A DNA stretch of 63,927 nt, the filler included, from Octopus bimaculoides (taxonomy: Eukaryota), in the NCBI RefSeq assembly GCF_001194135.2. It is 13 parts of 12 records of this genome, joined end to end, with 100 filler letters (N's around TTAATTAATTAA, not from the genome) between each part and the next. Parts side by side here need not be neighbours in the genome. Positions count along the whole stretch, not along the records: positions 27,380 to 29,368 come from NC_068995.1; positions 29,469 to 39,421 come from NC_068984.1; positions 39,522 to 53,051 come from NC_068988.1; 10 more parts are not named here. One strand, 5' to 3'. This document shows, piece after piece, positions 27,380 through 41,250 of the stretch (its first letter is position 1; each line of letters starts with the position of its first letter). A program made the position numbers and the translations under genes. The notes beneath the pieces were generated by a model. That model was not told the origin of the DNA. It searched no databases and saw only the letters and a list, made by a program, of their open reading frames with translations.

Positions 27380-29368
27380 TTGCAGATTTGGGAATTCTCC
27401 CATTCTGCTGCCAGTTGGCGTAAACGCTGGCCAGCAGGTGCCCGAACAAGTCTGACATACTCTTATAGAATTCATAGGGTAGACCATCGAGACCCGGCGA
27501 CTTCTCTCCAGGGCATTCGCCTAGTACCTCGATCACCTCTTCGGCCGTGATTGACCCTTCACAGCACTCAGCCTCTCGCGCTGAGAGACGCAGGCCGCCA
27601 AACAGGAAGTCCCTAAGGGTTTCACCATGAGCCAGCTTCCCACTCCTCCCGAACAACTCGGCAAAGTGCTTGTAAAGCGCCTCACACATCTCGTCCCGTC
27701 CTTCGACCGAACTCCCATTGTCATCAATCAGAGACCTAATTGTGGTACCATTGCCACGTGTGTTTCTACCGTACGGGCCCATCCGGCAACATTAATTCTC
27801 TCACGATCATAAAGCATTTAGCCCGAACTCTACATCCCTCATGTTTAGGTTTAAGGTGATGGTCCAAGGCCGTTCTCGTTGCTAAAATGTGGGATGTAGA
27901 GCCCAACCTCAACGCCTCCTCTAAGTCCTTAACTAGTTACCCTTCTATTCTGGCCTTGTCTAGTCTTAGCTGATGGTTAAACCTAACAGACTCAAAACGA
28001 ATGGCTCTCTTGAGGGCGAACCACCACCGGTTATTAAGCACGGAGTCGGTTAACGCCTTCTGTACTAATTCCTTAATCCGGCTACGGAATGCCTCGCAAG
28101 TCAAAATAGACTTGTTTAGCTTCCAGTAACTGGATCCTATCTTAACTGCGCTATCTATATTCAGCCTACACTTAACCATTCTATGGTCAGTGTAGGACAC
28201 CTGCACAAGCTGAAGCTAGCCTTATGTCTAGTTCTTATCACTACCCTATCTAAGTAAGACTTGAACCTTCCGTCGCCACTCATTCAGGTCCACTTTGGGA
28301 CGTTAGGATGGTCAAGCCTGTACCGATATTAAGCAGATCTACGAGACGTGAGTTCACTTTCCTATCGATCGAGCCTACGCTATCGATGCGTGCGTCAACG
28401 ATAGCGTTGTATTCTTCTAACACCACTAGCATCTTCATCGTCACGAGAAAGTTCTCCAGGCGCCGATAAAAATCAGTTTGTAATCCTCTAGCACAGGGTG
28501 CGTAAATTCCGATCAACCTGAAGGCCTTACCGCTGTGTGCCATATCAAGGACGACCAGCCCACATTCAGGGTCCACATAGACTGTACTTGTCTGCAGAGA
28601 CAAGCATTTTCGGACGAGTACTACTACGCCCCTTCGACCTCCGGTCTGGCTAGGAGACATAATTTTATCATAGCCATTCAGGAGGGGCAAGAAGGTTTGT
28701 AGACTGTCCAGCTTAGTCTCTGTAGCAACCATCACATGTATATCATGTGATCTGAGGTCGTCGAGGAAACAGGCCTTCTTCCACCTCGAGCTCAGACCAC
28801 GCAGATTCAAGCACCTCAAGTTAAGCAAAACAAGGGGGAAAAAGCAAGGGTTTTACTTACCCTTGACTGGTGATGTTGGAGCTGACCCCACCATACTAAC
28901 GAGGCTTTTTCACCTCCTACTCATCAATATATCCATCAATATAGCCATCATTATCTTCATTGTCGCTTATGGTCCCGTATCCTGCCATTTCCCATGCCTC
29001 ATTCATGTACCAAGCATATGTCATGTTAGGGCCACCTGGCCATATGCGACATTCCTCTTTCAGTCTTTTCAGCTTTTCTCACACGGTAAACCTTATGACC
29101 TCCACAGCTATCTGCGGAGGCCATTTGGGATCCCGTGTGCAGGCCATATCTACTGCTTCTTTGTGTTCCTCCACTATTTTTTCTACCTCCCCGCCCTTGT
29201 AGAAGAATATAAGTAATTCTTCATCTTTAAGGGGGGGGCGTTTCTTCCACCGTCTGTGGCACAAATTCCCACCGACGAAGGCTCTTCCCCCGTCAGTGGC
29301 ACAACTCCCACTGACGGACCTTCGGGACATGCAGACGGCACATCATCGTCCACCTGCAATTTCCTTTT
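27380..29368 (-). mobile_element. L1/Tx1-clade LINE: ORF1 remnant plus ORF2 APE endonuclease and start of RT
   Basis: LNLRGL...VATETKL...LIGIYAP...VVLEEYNA (degenerate GDFN), SYLDRV, TDHRMV, YWKLN, then KSPGLDGLPYEFY. Frameshifted into ORFs 28280-28828, 27937-28206 and 27324-27782; ORF1-like fragments at 28860-29368. Confidence 0.9.
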
Positions 29369-30342
29369 NNNNNNNNNNNNNNNNNNNNNNNNNNNNNNNN
29401 NNNNNNNNNNNNTTAATTAATTAANNNNNNNNNNNNNNNNNNNNNNNNNNNNNNNNNNNNNNNNNNNNATATATATGTATATATGTGTATATATATGAAT
29501 ACAAGCATAGCTAAATACACACATATACATAAATATAAATTTGAATATACTTGTAAAATAAGTATGACTATATGTGAATATATATGCATATACTTATATG
29601 CATGCATACATATATGTGTGTGTATGTGTGTGTGTAATAAATTCTCTTATTCATAAATGGACATATTTATTTATATTTAGAAAAATACATGTACATCAGT
29701 ATTTCTCTTCAAAATGAAGGAAAGTAGATAACAAGTTCAGGACGTAATAAATGATTTCTTCTAAATCTCATATTGTCATCATGTCATGGAAATTCGTCCT
29801 TTGGCATGAAGATAATCATAGCATTTCTTCTCTTCTCCAACACCATCTCTTTCCCATATAGAAATTCTCATATCCATAATTTTAGTTACATGAACACACA
29901 TTGTAGCACTCTGTCTCTCTTCTTGTCTGTGTACCTCTTTGCCCTCCTATACCCTGGCTCTGTCTGCCTGTCTGTCTCTTTCTCTCTCTAGCTCTCTCCC
30001 TCCACCTTTTCTAACATGCTTCTGGTAATCCTATTTGTTCACATCTGTCACAATTCTTTTAAGTGATGTCTTCACTTTTATCAAGAAAGTTTCCCACTTC
30101 TCTGTAATCGTGCATATTCGAGCACACATTTTTAACTCTGGGAAAATATAATGAAATCAAACAAACATATGTTAGTATTAATGAAAGGTGAAAGTAGAAA
30201 AAGAACAAATTTGAAATATATTTTAAAATTCAATATTCGGAAGCAAAAATTAAAAGCACTTCTACACACAGATAGTTATACCCTCATCCACTCATACGCA
30301 AGGACATACATATCTACATATAGATATACACATGACATAAAC

Positions 30343-30423
<81 letters not shown>

Positions 30424-30630
30424 NNNNNNNNNNNNNNNNNNNNNNNNNNNNNNNNNNNNNNNNNNNNNNNNNNNNNNNNNNNNNNNNNNNNNNNNNNNNN
30501 NNNNNNNNNNNNNNNNNNNNNNNNNNNNNNNNNNNNNNNNNNNNNNNNNNNNNNNNNNNNNNNNNNNNNNNNNNNNNNNNNNNNNNNNNNNNNNNNNNNN
30601 NNNNNNNNNNNNNNNNNNNNNNNNNNNNNN

Positions 30631-30698
<68 letters not shown>

Positions 30699-30864
30699 CA
30701 AATTGATGGAATGGAGTAGGTAAAGAAACAAACTTCCTATACCTAGATCCTTGGATGTCAAAATTACATTATATATATGTATGTGTGTGCATATGCATTT
30801 GTATACATATAAATACACTCACACATACACTCACACACACACATAAAAACACATAAATATACGA

Positions 30865-30906
<42 letters not shown>

Positions 30907-31319
30907 TTACTCATTTACTCTCAGTGATTGATTGCAATCATTCAACGGTGGCCTTCCTGGGATATCACTGAGAGCGGTAGTGAACTGAATTAGCATCACG
31001 ACTAATTCTAAAGCCTACTATTCTCTTTTGAATGACTCCTATTTTATGGAGACATATACAAACCAGTATCAGCTGCAAGGCTGTTAGATAAAGTCACAAA
31101 GACATGCCCAATAATGTACACATACATGTATGTGTGCAAGAATATATGTATTTATATATATGTATAATGTATATATATCTTTATCTGTCTGTCTGTGTGT
31201 GTCTCTCTCTCTCTCTATATATATATATATCTATGCATATATATATATATGTGTCAGTTTCATAAATTAAACAGAAGCTTCATAAAAGATTGGATGAAAA
31301 TTCACAAACACACACACAT

Positions 31320-31908
31320 ACAGGGTGCAGTGAATAAACTGTCGTCTAAATTATGCAAGAACGAGAATAAGACTGACATCTCATTTTAACAGATATATTT
31401 ATCAAAATTATATGAAAATATCTTGAAATACTAAAGAGTAAATTTATTCAATAAAATTGCCATTGGCTTCAACCATGGCCTCCAGACCATCTCAGAATCT
31501 CCTGCAATTCTTCTGACTAGCCTCCTTGTTTATGCTGGTGAATGCTGCCATAATACTTGCCTTCAGTTTATCTTAGGTGCTACAAGGAGATTTGCTGGTC
31601 TCCCACTCAAATGTGCCCTACACATAATAATCAAGGGAATTGCAGTCTGGGAAAATAGGTGGCCAGATGTTAGGGGCGATGTGGTCACAAAAATTTTCTG
31701 ACAGCCATGACTAGGTTCTCCTGCTAGTGTGACATGGTGCAGAGTCCTGCTGCCAGACATAGAGTCTTCCAGCAGCCACCGTCTTGACCAAGGGCAGCAC
31801 TACCTTCTTCAGGCATTTGATGTAGCCCTCCACATTGAGTTGGAGGGTATGTGGGAAGATGAATGGAGGCATAACGTTGCCATCACTAGTGATCGCACCA
31901 AACACTAG
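31320..31908 (-). mobile_element. maT-type (DD37D) Tc1/mariner transposase 3' half
   Basis: VFGAITSDGNVMPPFIF...YVWQQDSAPCHTSRRT*SWLSENFCDHIAPNIWPPIFPDCNSLDYYV; 37 residues between the second and third Asp. 5' end cut at a (TA)n tract. Confidence 0.85.
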
Positions 31909-31921
31909 ATATATGGATATG

Positions 31922-31986
<65 letters not shown>

Positions 31987-32007
31987 ATGAATGCGTTTAG
32001 ATACAAG

Positions 32008-32039
<32 letters not shown>

Positions 32040-33204
32040 CATACATACCACCTCCTTACTCGAAAAAAGAATTTAAATAATTAAAAACAGAAGAGAACAT
32101 ATACATACACACACACACATACATACACACACATACATACACACACTCATACATACACACATACATACACACACAACATACACATACACACAAATATTTA
32201 AACAAATATATATATACATACATATGGTATATGTATATATATGTTATATATAGTTTTATATATATATATTGTTGAATGCATATGTCTTTGTGTATATATT
32301 ATTGGGTATATGATTGTATACACGTAAATGTTTAAAAGCTTTTAGGTGATTGTGAATGGGAATAAGTGTAAATGTGTGTTTGTGTGACACTATAATATTC
32401 TCTATCAAAAGAGTATTTTATTACAGTTGAAATAACAATGATGTCATATGCCAATTTTAATCTTGCTTATTATTAAATTCAATATGCATTTATGTTGAAA
32501 TATACACACTCATATAAAGTACTTTCACCTATATGTATATACAAATATATATATATATATANNNNNNNNNNNNNNNNNNNNNNNNNNNNNNNNNNNNNNN
32601 NNNNNNNNNNNNNNNNNNNNNNNNNNNNNNNNNNNNNNNNNNNNNNNNNNNNNNNNNNNNNNNNNNNNNNNNNNNNNNNNNNNNNNNNNNNNNNNNNNNN
32701 NNNNNNNNNNNNNNNNNNNNNNNNNNNNNNNNNNNNNNNNNNNNNNNNNNNNNNNNNNNNNNNNNNNNNNNNNNNNNNNNNNNNNNNNNNNNNNNNNNNN
32801 NNNNNNNNNNNNNNNNNNNNNNNNNNNNNNNNNNNNNNNNNNNNNNNNNNNNNNNNNNNNNNNNNNNNNNNNNNNNNNNNNNNNNNNNNNNNNNNNNNNN
32901 NNNNNNNNNNNNNNNNNNNNNNNNNNNNNNNNNNNNNNNNNNNNNNNNNNNNNNNNNNNNNNNNNNNNNNNNNNNNNNNNNNNNNNNNNNNNNNNNNNNN
33001 NNNNNNNNNNNNNNNNNNNNNNNNNNNNNNNNNNNNNNNNNNNNNNNNNNNNNNNNNNNNNNNNNNNNNNNNNNNNNNNNNNNNNNNNNNNNNNNNNNNN
33101 NNNNNNNNNNNNNNNNNNNNNNNNNNNNNNNNNNNNNNNNNNNTATATATATATATATTTATATACGTCCATATATAACATATATGTGTATGTATAGATA
33201 GATC

Positions 33205-33380
33205 GCTAGCCACTAATCCTTTTTCTATTTTCTCTCCTTGTTTATTTCTGTGTTCCTCTCTGTCGAAGAACGTAGGCTTGAAACGTAAAAGACTTTCTCA
33301 CTTCCCGAGCATTAAACTAATACATCTGTTTGTTGTTTACACACACGTCTTCGTCTTTTGTTTTTTTTTGTAAATTCTCA
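33205..33380 (+). mobile_element. Probable Penelope-like terminal fragment
   Basis: T-rich stretch then GAAGAACGTAGGCTTGAAACGT; a similar CTGATGAAGAGC...TGAAGCGT motif occurs at 44225-44410. Motif recognition only. Confidence 0.35.
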
Positions 33381-33390
33381 ATATATATAC

Positions 33391-33453
<63 letters not shown>

Positions 33454-33671
33454 CGTATATAACATATATGTATATGTATATATATGTCAATATATGTGCT
33501 ATTACTGTTAGACCAGACTTATAAGCAAACACACCTCACATACTCACATACACACTCATATATTATACATATATGTATATTCTATACCACATAAACAAAT
33601 GTTATTTTTTTCTGTCATGTATATATATATATATGTGTATGTAGTGTACTATTCTGTGATGGTAGTATATG

Positions 33672-33725
<54 letters not shown>

Positions 33726-34171
33726 TTCCACTTCTTCACATATTGTAATGATACTATTAGTATACCTCTCACCTTCAATAATACCTGTACATTGTTATTG
33801 TACCTCAATGTCATATTTTACATCTTACTCTAATGTAGAACACAAATTCTACTCCCTATTTATTATAGTTTTATTATTCAGAACAAAAAAAACCCCACCA
33901 TCACCACCACCACCAACCATGATCACTATCATTATCATGATCATCATCATAATCATCACCAAGGGTGCAAGCTGGCAGAATCATTAACATGTCTGTTGAA
34001 ATGTTTCTTAGCATTTCATCTGACTTTTTGTTCTGAGTTGAAATTCTGCTGAGGTCGATTTTGCCTTTCATCATTTTGGGGTCGATAAATTAAGTATCAG
34101 CAAAACACTGGGGATCGATATAATCAACTAACCCCTCCCCCAAAATTTCAGGCCTTGTGTCTATAATAGAA

Positions 34172-34209
<38 letters not shown>

Positions 34210-34211
<2 letters not shown>

Positions 34212-34710
34212 TGAAAGACTCTTGGATAGTTCTTAATTTCTGGTTGTTTTTACTTGAAAGAAGGCAATAACAAATCACCAAAGGCTTCAATAAGTGCCTT
34301 CCCTTGTGACTCAAAGACAATAGTCTCCTTAGAATGCAAGCTGCATCCAATAATGCTGTCTTCTGGATCACTTCGAGCCTGATAGCAGCTCCAATATTCT
34401 TAATATGTTTTTCCAAGCCTTTTGGAAACTGCTCCCAATGCTCCAATTACCACCGGTATCAACATTACATACCTCATGCCCCATAACTTTCCTATCTCGT
34501 CCCACAATGGCTGGTATTTCTCACCCTTGTGTTTCCTTACATTTCACCCTCAAATCACCTGGTATCGCAACATCTATTATCTTTACTTCTTTTTCATCTT
34601 TATGGATGATCACGATATCTGGCCGTCTTGCCTCTGTGACTTGGATGCACTGTATGTTAAAATCCCAGAGTATTTTGTAATGTTTGTTGTCCAATTTTGA
34701 CATCCAAGGA
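34210..34710 (-). mobile_element. R4/Dong LINE 3' remnant (RLE domain, 3' UTR, (TAA)n tail)
   Basis: YKILWDFNIQ...EARRPDIVIIHKDEKEVKIIDVAIPGD...KTALLDAACILRRLLS, followed by (TAA)n on the element strand (ATT run 34173-34209). Confidence 0.85.
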
Positions 34711-34759
34711 TCTAGGTATAGGAAGTTTGTTTCTTTACCTACTCCATTCCATCAATTTG

Positions 34760-34845
<86 letters not shown>

Positions 34846-35028
34846 TGCAGGGCAGGGAATCGTCAATTAGTAATAAAATTAATAATTAACAAAAATGTTC
34901 ATACCACTGTTCGGCTCTCTCAAGGTTTGCTTTACTGCACAACAGCCAGTGGACATATCTGACCACATTGTCGTGTCTCTTTTTGTATTTGCATTATGTG
35001 AGCTTACAGCACTCACTAACAATATGGC

Positions 35029-35062
<34 letters not shown>

Positions 35063-35066
<4 letters not shown>

Positions 35067-35520
35067 TAGTTTTATTTTTATAGCGTGCTTTCACTTCACT
35101 ACCGAGTGCAGCTCTGTGTGCCTTGGGTATGTGCTGTGGTTTGCTGTGATGCTCTTATGGTTACTGTATTGAAAGTGTTTTGTATAGGATGTGTGCAGTG
35201 CCCAGTAGTGCAATTTTCTGTATGTTCTATATATTTGTAAGTCCTGGTGATTTTGTCATGTATTTGTCTGAATATTTTTTTATTATACATAAGGTGCCTA
35301 CTATGATAGGAATTGTTTCTGCTTTTAGATTCCACATTCGAGTTACCTCTATTTCCAGGTCTTTGTATTTTGAGAGTTTCTCAATTTCTTTTGGGGAAAC
35401 GTTGTCATCTGCTGGTATTGATACATCAATTAGAAAGCATTTTTTTCCTTCATGATCTCTGATAACTATATCTGGCCTATTGGCCTTAATTTCTCTATCT
35501 GTGTGTATTGCATATCCCAT
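35063..35520 (-). mobile_element. R4/Dong LINE 3' remnant embedded in (TAA)n
   Basis: IHTDREIKANRPDIVIRDHEGKKCFLIDVSIPADDNVSPKEIEKLSKYKDLEIEVTRMWNLKAETIPIIVG; ATT runs on both sides. Confidence 0.9.
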
Positions 35521-35521
35521 A

Positions 35522-35595
<74 letters not shown>

Positions 35596-36294
35596 ACGAT
35601 AAATAAATAGAGCTTTTTTAATATTGTGCTTGTAAAGTTGACAGAGACTCGATAGAAATGGCTTCTGATACAAGTTTTAGTCCTTTATTTGCTGAGTACA
35701 AATAACTCTAAGACGAACTTTGCTTTGCATTCCCAGTTCTCACCCTTCCCTCAAAAATGTTGTCATCATCATCATCATCAATATGCACTTTTCATATGTT
35801 ACCAGAAATGTTATTGTCTCCAGTTTTATTCCCAATGCATAACTTATTAAGTTCCTGTTTCACATATTTCCATAAATTCATTTTTCACTCCGTGTCTTTG
35901 ATTTTCTCTCCGTCTCTCTCTCTCTCTCTCTCTCTTACTTTCTCTCACTATTTCTCTCACTTTCTCTTTCTCTGTCTTCCCCTTTCGCAGTCTTTATCTG
36001 TCTGATGTCTATTGCCCTCTTTCTTTTCTATTTTCCTATTTCTCACTATATACATATATATATATATATATATATACATACACACAAAGACACAAACATA
36101 TATATAATACACAATTAGAAATACATACATACACTCAGGTAACACTCACATATAAATGAGTGTATACACAAATGTTTGTATGTAAGGGTTTGTGTGTGAG
36201 TGTGTGTTTGAATGTGAGTTAGTGTGTGCATGTGTGTGTGTATATATATATATATGTATATATATATGTGCATATATATGAATANNNNNNNNNN

Positions 36295-36346
<52 letters not shown>

Positions 36347-36889
36347 TGCACACACATATATTCATACATTTATATATGTGTGCATCTATGATAATATCAA
36401 ATATATGTATGTATACTGTGTTTATATATGCATTTAAATTATGTTTTAAATAATGTACAAGGTGTCCCATTGCGGTTAGTGAATACTGATTCCATCAAAG
36501 AACTACATTTGTGTTTTAAAATCTTTACTGTTACACAGCTTCATGTCTCTTCTCTCAAAATTATATGATATTATATATAATGTTAGATAGAAACAAAATG
36601 AATCTAATGTATGAAATAGAAAAATTACATTAAATATCTTAGACATGTTACGTATGTCAATGAGCATTAGAACTATTTTTGTTTTCAGTTTTCAGCTATG
36701 GCTTTCTGACTATTTCAGAGAAATTAATTTATGTTAAAAGCTTGTTTGAATGTCCTGTGTAATTTTTGTGTTTTGCTATCTGTGTATTTAATGTGTGTCT
36801 GTTTGTGCATATAGGTACATACATGCATTCATGCATACATACACTGGCATATATATATGTACATGCATATACATATATGCATATTTATA

Positions 36890-36951
<62 letters not shown>

Positions 36952-37101
36952 NNNNNNNNNNNNNNNNNNNNNNNNNNNNNNNNNNNNNNNNNNNNNNNNN
37001 NNNNNNNNNNNNNNNNNNNNNNNNNNNNNNNNNNNNNNNNNNNNNNNNNNNNNNNNNNNNNNNNNNNNNNNNNNNNNNNNNNNNNNNNNNNNNNNNNNNN
37101 N

Positions 37102-37158
<57 letters not shown>

Positions 37159-37947
37159 TAGACAGACAAACTGAGATATGAATGAGAGTGCGAGCTAGAC
37201 AAATATATGTTTATAATATTTTGTCTCACTATCTCCTTGAGTACATTTCAATAAATGTGGCATATTTTGTCTAAAACTGTGCATATATATATATATATAG
37301 ACACACATACATCATATACATACATGCATACATCATACATATACATACATATATCTGAATATGTACATATAAAATAATGAGTAAGAGTAATGATAATAAA
37401 AATAACAATAATGATGATGATGATGATGATGATGATGATACTAATAATAATAATAATAATAATGACTAACATTAATAATATGCATATACATATACATCAC
37501 ATTAATGTTTATATGTATCTGTACATATTTGAGTGTATATATATGTATGTGTGCGTGTGTGTGTGTGCATATATGCATATATGTGTGTGTGTGTATGTTT
37601 CTGTGTGTGCATATAAGCATACATACCCATGCACATGTATGTGTATCCTTGTGTATTTGTGTGTATGAAAATATATAAATGTATGTATGCGTATATATGC
37701 ATAAAGCTTTATATGATGCCTAGATTGCCTTTACATCTGCTATATGTTATCTGTGAAAGTACTTAATAGCTTATATTATTTAATTAACTTTTAATTCAAA
37801 AGTATAACATAAATTGTTTTGTATTACATCAAACCTTTTCCTTACACTGAAATTGAATGTATTTGAACACTTATAGACACAGGAAACACTTATTGTATTT
37901 CAATTGGTTCATTTTATAAAATGATAATTGCACATATATGCATTTGC

Positions 37948-38011
<64 letters not shown>

Positions 38012-38115
38012 NNNNNNNNNNNNNNNNNNNNNNATGCACACAGAGTCATAATTATTTATCCATACCAATATATCATTCTATCTTTTTTAGTGTATTATCT
38101 CCCTCTCTCTTTTCG

Positions 38116-38177
<62 letters not shown>

Positions 38178-38364
38178 ATCTATCTATCTACACACACACA
38201 CACACACATATATATATGATGATATATATTTGTGTTATATATGATAAAACTCTCTCTCTATCTATTTATCTAACTCTCTCTGTATATATACATGATGATA
38301 TAATACACATACACACACACAAACACACACGCACACAGATATACGTAGATAGATAAATAGACAA

Positions 38365-38421
<57 letters not shown>

Positions 38422-38502
38422 AAGAGGTAGATAGTGATGCAGATAAATTCATTTAGGCTTGATATATAAAATACAGATACATACATATACACATGTATAT
38501 AT

Positions 38503-38548
<46 letters not shown>

Positions 38549-39207
38549 TGGGAGATATAGATACTGAAAATATTCAGATCAACACGTATATTAAGCCTAT
38601 GCTTATATATCTGGACAATAAAGAAATTTGCATGGAGTACAAATAATTTAGATAACTAAAGGGAGAAGTTGTAATGTTCATAACAAACATTACAAATATT
38701 ACATAAATCTGAACCTCTGGAAACAGATGTAAGGCTTTAAACACCATATATTCTCTCCCTAGTTTTTTTATATTATTTGGACTTCATATAATTTTTTATT
38801 TGTAAGTATATAAATACCTTTCTGTTTATAGATGCGGGTTCTAATCTCCTGAATATTTTCAGTTTTTTTCTCTCTGTATATATGTCTCTACATATATTTA
38901 CATGTGTATATGTATGTACCTTTATTTTATATATCAAGCCCATGTATGTTTATTTGACCTGTGCATACCATTGTGCTGAGATCATGTCCTGGTTGCAAAA
39001 GAGCATTACTGTTACACAAGTGATGCAGTTCATTACCAGTTTTACATGAGAAGATACATCCAGCTACAGGACATATTGTATTTAACATGGGTGAAGGTTA
39101 TCAACAGGAAAGGCATTCGGCCATAGAAAATCTACCTCAATAATTTCTGTCTGACACATGTGAGCAAGAACCAGTGGGCTGTGAATGGAAATGAGGATGA
39201 ATGTTGA

Positions 39208-39281
<74 letters not shown>

Positions 39282-39657
39282 ATCAAAACAAGAGAAACAC
39301 AAGCAACACTGGCAACTGAGAAGACAACAGCATCTGCAAAAACAACAAGTGAGGAAGCAGGGGAAAAGAAAGAAAATTCCAAGACTGTTTCCCCCTCCCC
39401 CACATCACACACACCTCACACNNNNNNNNNNNNNNNNNNNNNNNNNNNNNNNNNNNNNNNNNNNNTTAATTAATTAANNNNNNNNNNNNNNNNNNNNNNN
39501 NNNNNNNNNNNNNNNNNNNNNCTCTATCTACCTGACTTTTTACTAACATTTCCAAGATTAATGATGAAGATGCATATAACTAATAACTGTGCAAGATAAC
39601 ACTATTTTCTGTATGTTCTCTCTTTCTCTCTTTTACTGTCTCCCTTTCAACTAACAG

Positions 39658-39776
39658 CTCCAAAGATGATGAAGACACCTGTCCTATCTGTCTGTTGGAG
39701 ATGCTGGAAGGTGAAAGTTTAGTTCGATGTATGAATGGCTGCCACAACCGTCTGCACCATCATTGTATCACTGTCT
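39658..39776 (+). CDS. MAP3K1: MAP3K1/MEKK1 internal exon A, N-terminal part of RING/PHD (C4HC3) finger
   Basis: Polypyrimidine tract plus CTAACAG acceptor, GTAAGT donor, 119 nt (phase 2 in, phase 1 out). Translates [39 protein letters not shown], matching recalled vertebrate MEKK1 [34 protein letters not shown]. Too short to appear in the ORF track. Confidence 0.95.
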
Positions 39777-39939
39777 GTAAGTATATAACACATTATATTT
39801 AAATAGCAATGTGTGTATCATACTTAAAGCAGATACATTGGGGAAAGCCTAATTTAGTGTAATTTTTGCCTTGAGATAATGTCTCTTATAGATGTATAGT
39901 ATCAAAGAAGCACAGAAATATATCAAGAACTGTTATAAA

Positions 39940-40135
39940 GAAGTACCATTCATTATACATGGAAGGAACCTGTGGAAGACGGAGACCCAGGAAGATGTGA
40001 GAGAAGATAGAAAAGATTGACCTCAAGGCGTTGAGCCTCTTAGAGGAAATGATGAGGCACTAAGAGGACTGGCAATATATTGTCGCCGTCATCGTCATCA
40101 TCATCATCACCACCATCATCACCACCATCATCATT
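39940..40135 (+). mobile_element. RTE LINE 3' remnant with (CAT/CAC)n
   Basis: GTCGRRRPRK...DLKALSLLEEM pattern; degenerate. Confidence 0.55.
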
Positions 40136-40904
40136 ATCCTTTGACATCTGTTTTCTATGCTGCCATGGGTTGGTTGATTTGACCAAAGCTGGCGAGCGTC
40201 GCCAGGTTCCAGACTGATTTGGCTGAGTTTCTACAACTGGATGCCCTTCCTAACATCAACCACTTTGCTGTGCTTGAGAAACTCTGTCCATCTCAGCAGA
40301 ATTGAGGTTCTGCTTAGCCTTCCCCCACAACTCTTCTTCTGACACCCACTCTTTCATCGGTCTGCTATTTTACCCAATTTCTATCACTAACCCTTACACT
40401 GAATTGATATCCTCTGCATCCAACTCATTCCCTTTTCTTAATCATCTGTCACACTATTTTCATTCAGTGCACTTATCTACATTTCCACCTTTTCTGCTCT
40501 TCTATCCTATTCTGTTTCATATTCATGTTGTACCTGGACCTTCCATTTCTTTCTTTCTCTCTCTCACTTTCCAGGTGAGCAAACCATGGCAAAACATGTA
40601 TTCACCTCTTTAACAAGACACTTACTCCTCCCCTTCTATCATAATTTCTTATTTCCCCAGCCTGTACCCTGCTCAGTTGAGGGGGCCTTATATTGTGAGT
40701 AGTTGGTGACTTCAGTGGTGCTGGTGCCACATAAAAAGCACCCAGCTCACTCTGTTAAGTGGTTGGCATTAGGAAGAGCATCCTGCTGTAGAAACCATGC
40801 CAAAGCAGATATAGAACCTGTTGGAGCGCTCCGGTTCATCTCTTCTTGTCAGACCATCCAAACCATGCCAGCATGGAAAAAAGGACATTAAATGATGATG
40901 AGAT

Positions 40905-41250
40905 AAAGATTGTGTCCAGTAAAGGGTAAAAACCCCCTTCGTTCATGAATGACCATGAGATTGCACCTAGAAAGTTCCCCTCCAAGGCACAAGTCAGGGC
41001 AAGGTTGTTTATGGAGGACCAGCAGTCGCCCATGCATACCAGCCTCTTCTCTCCACACCACTGATGTTATCTAAGAGAAAGACAAAGGCCGGTACAGCTT
41101 GGCACTAGTGACGTCATGACTCATTTCTACAGCTGAGTGAACTGGAGCAAAGTGAAATAAAGTGTCTTGCTTAAGAATACAGCATACAGCTGAGTCGAGC
41201 AATCAAACTTGCTACCTCATGATTGTGAGTCTAGTGCTTTAACCACAGTG
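40905..41250 (-). mobile_element. SINE family C variant (long tail), CpG-decayed
   Basis: Collinear, in inverted orientation, with 49720-50050 (CAAGACACTTTATTTCAC, CCATAAACAACC, GGTCATTCAT..AAGGGGGTTTT). Confidence 0.75.

Noticed and set aside
39282-39421. Ser/Thr/Lys-rich ORF just upstream of exon A as a candidate MAP3K1 exon
   Set aside because: Begins directly after a (CTAT)n tract with no acceptor, shows no similarity to the SWIM-RING linker, and is separated from exon A by an artificial spacer.
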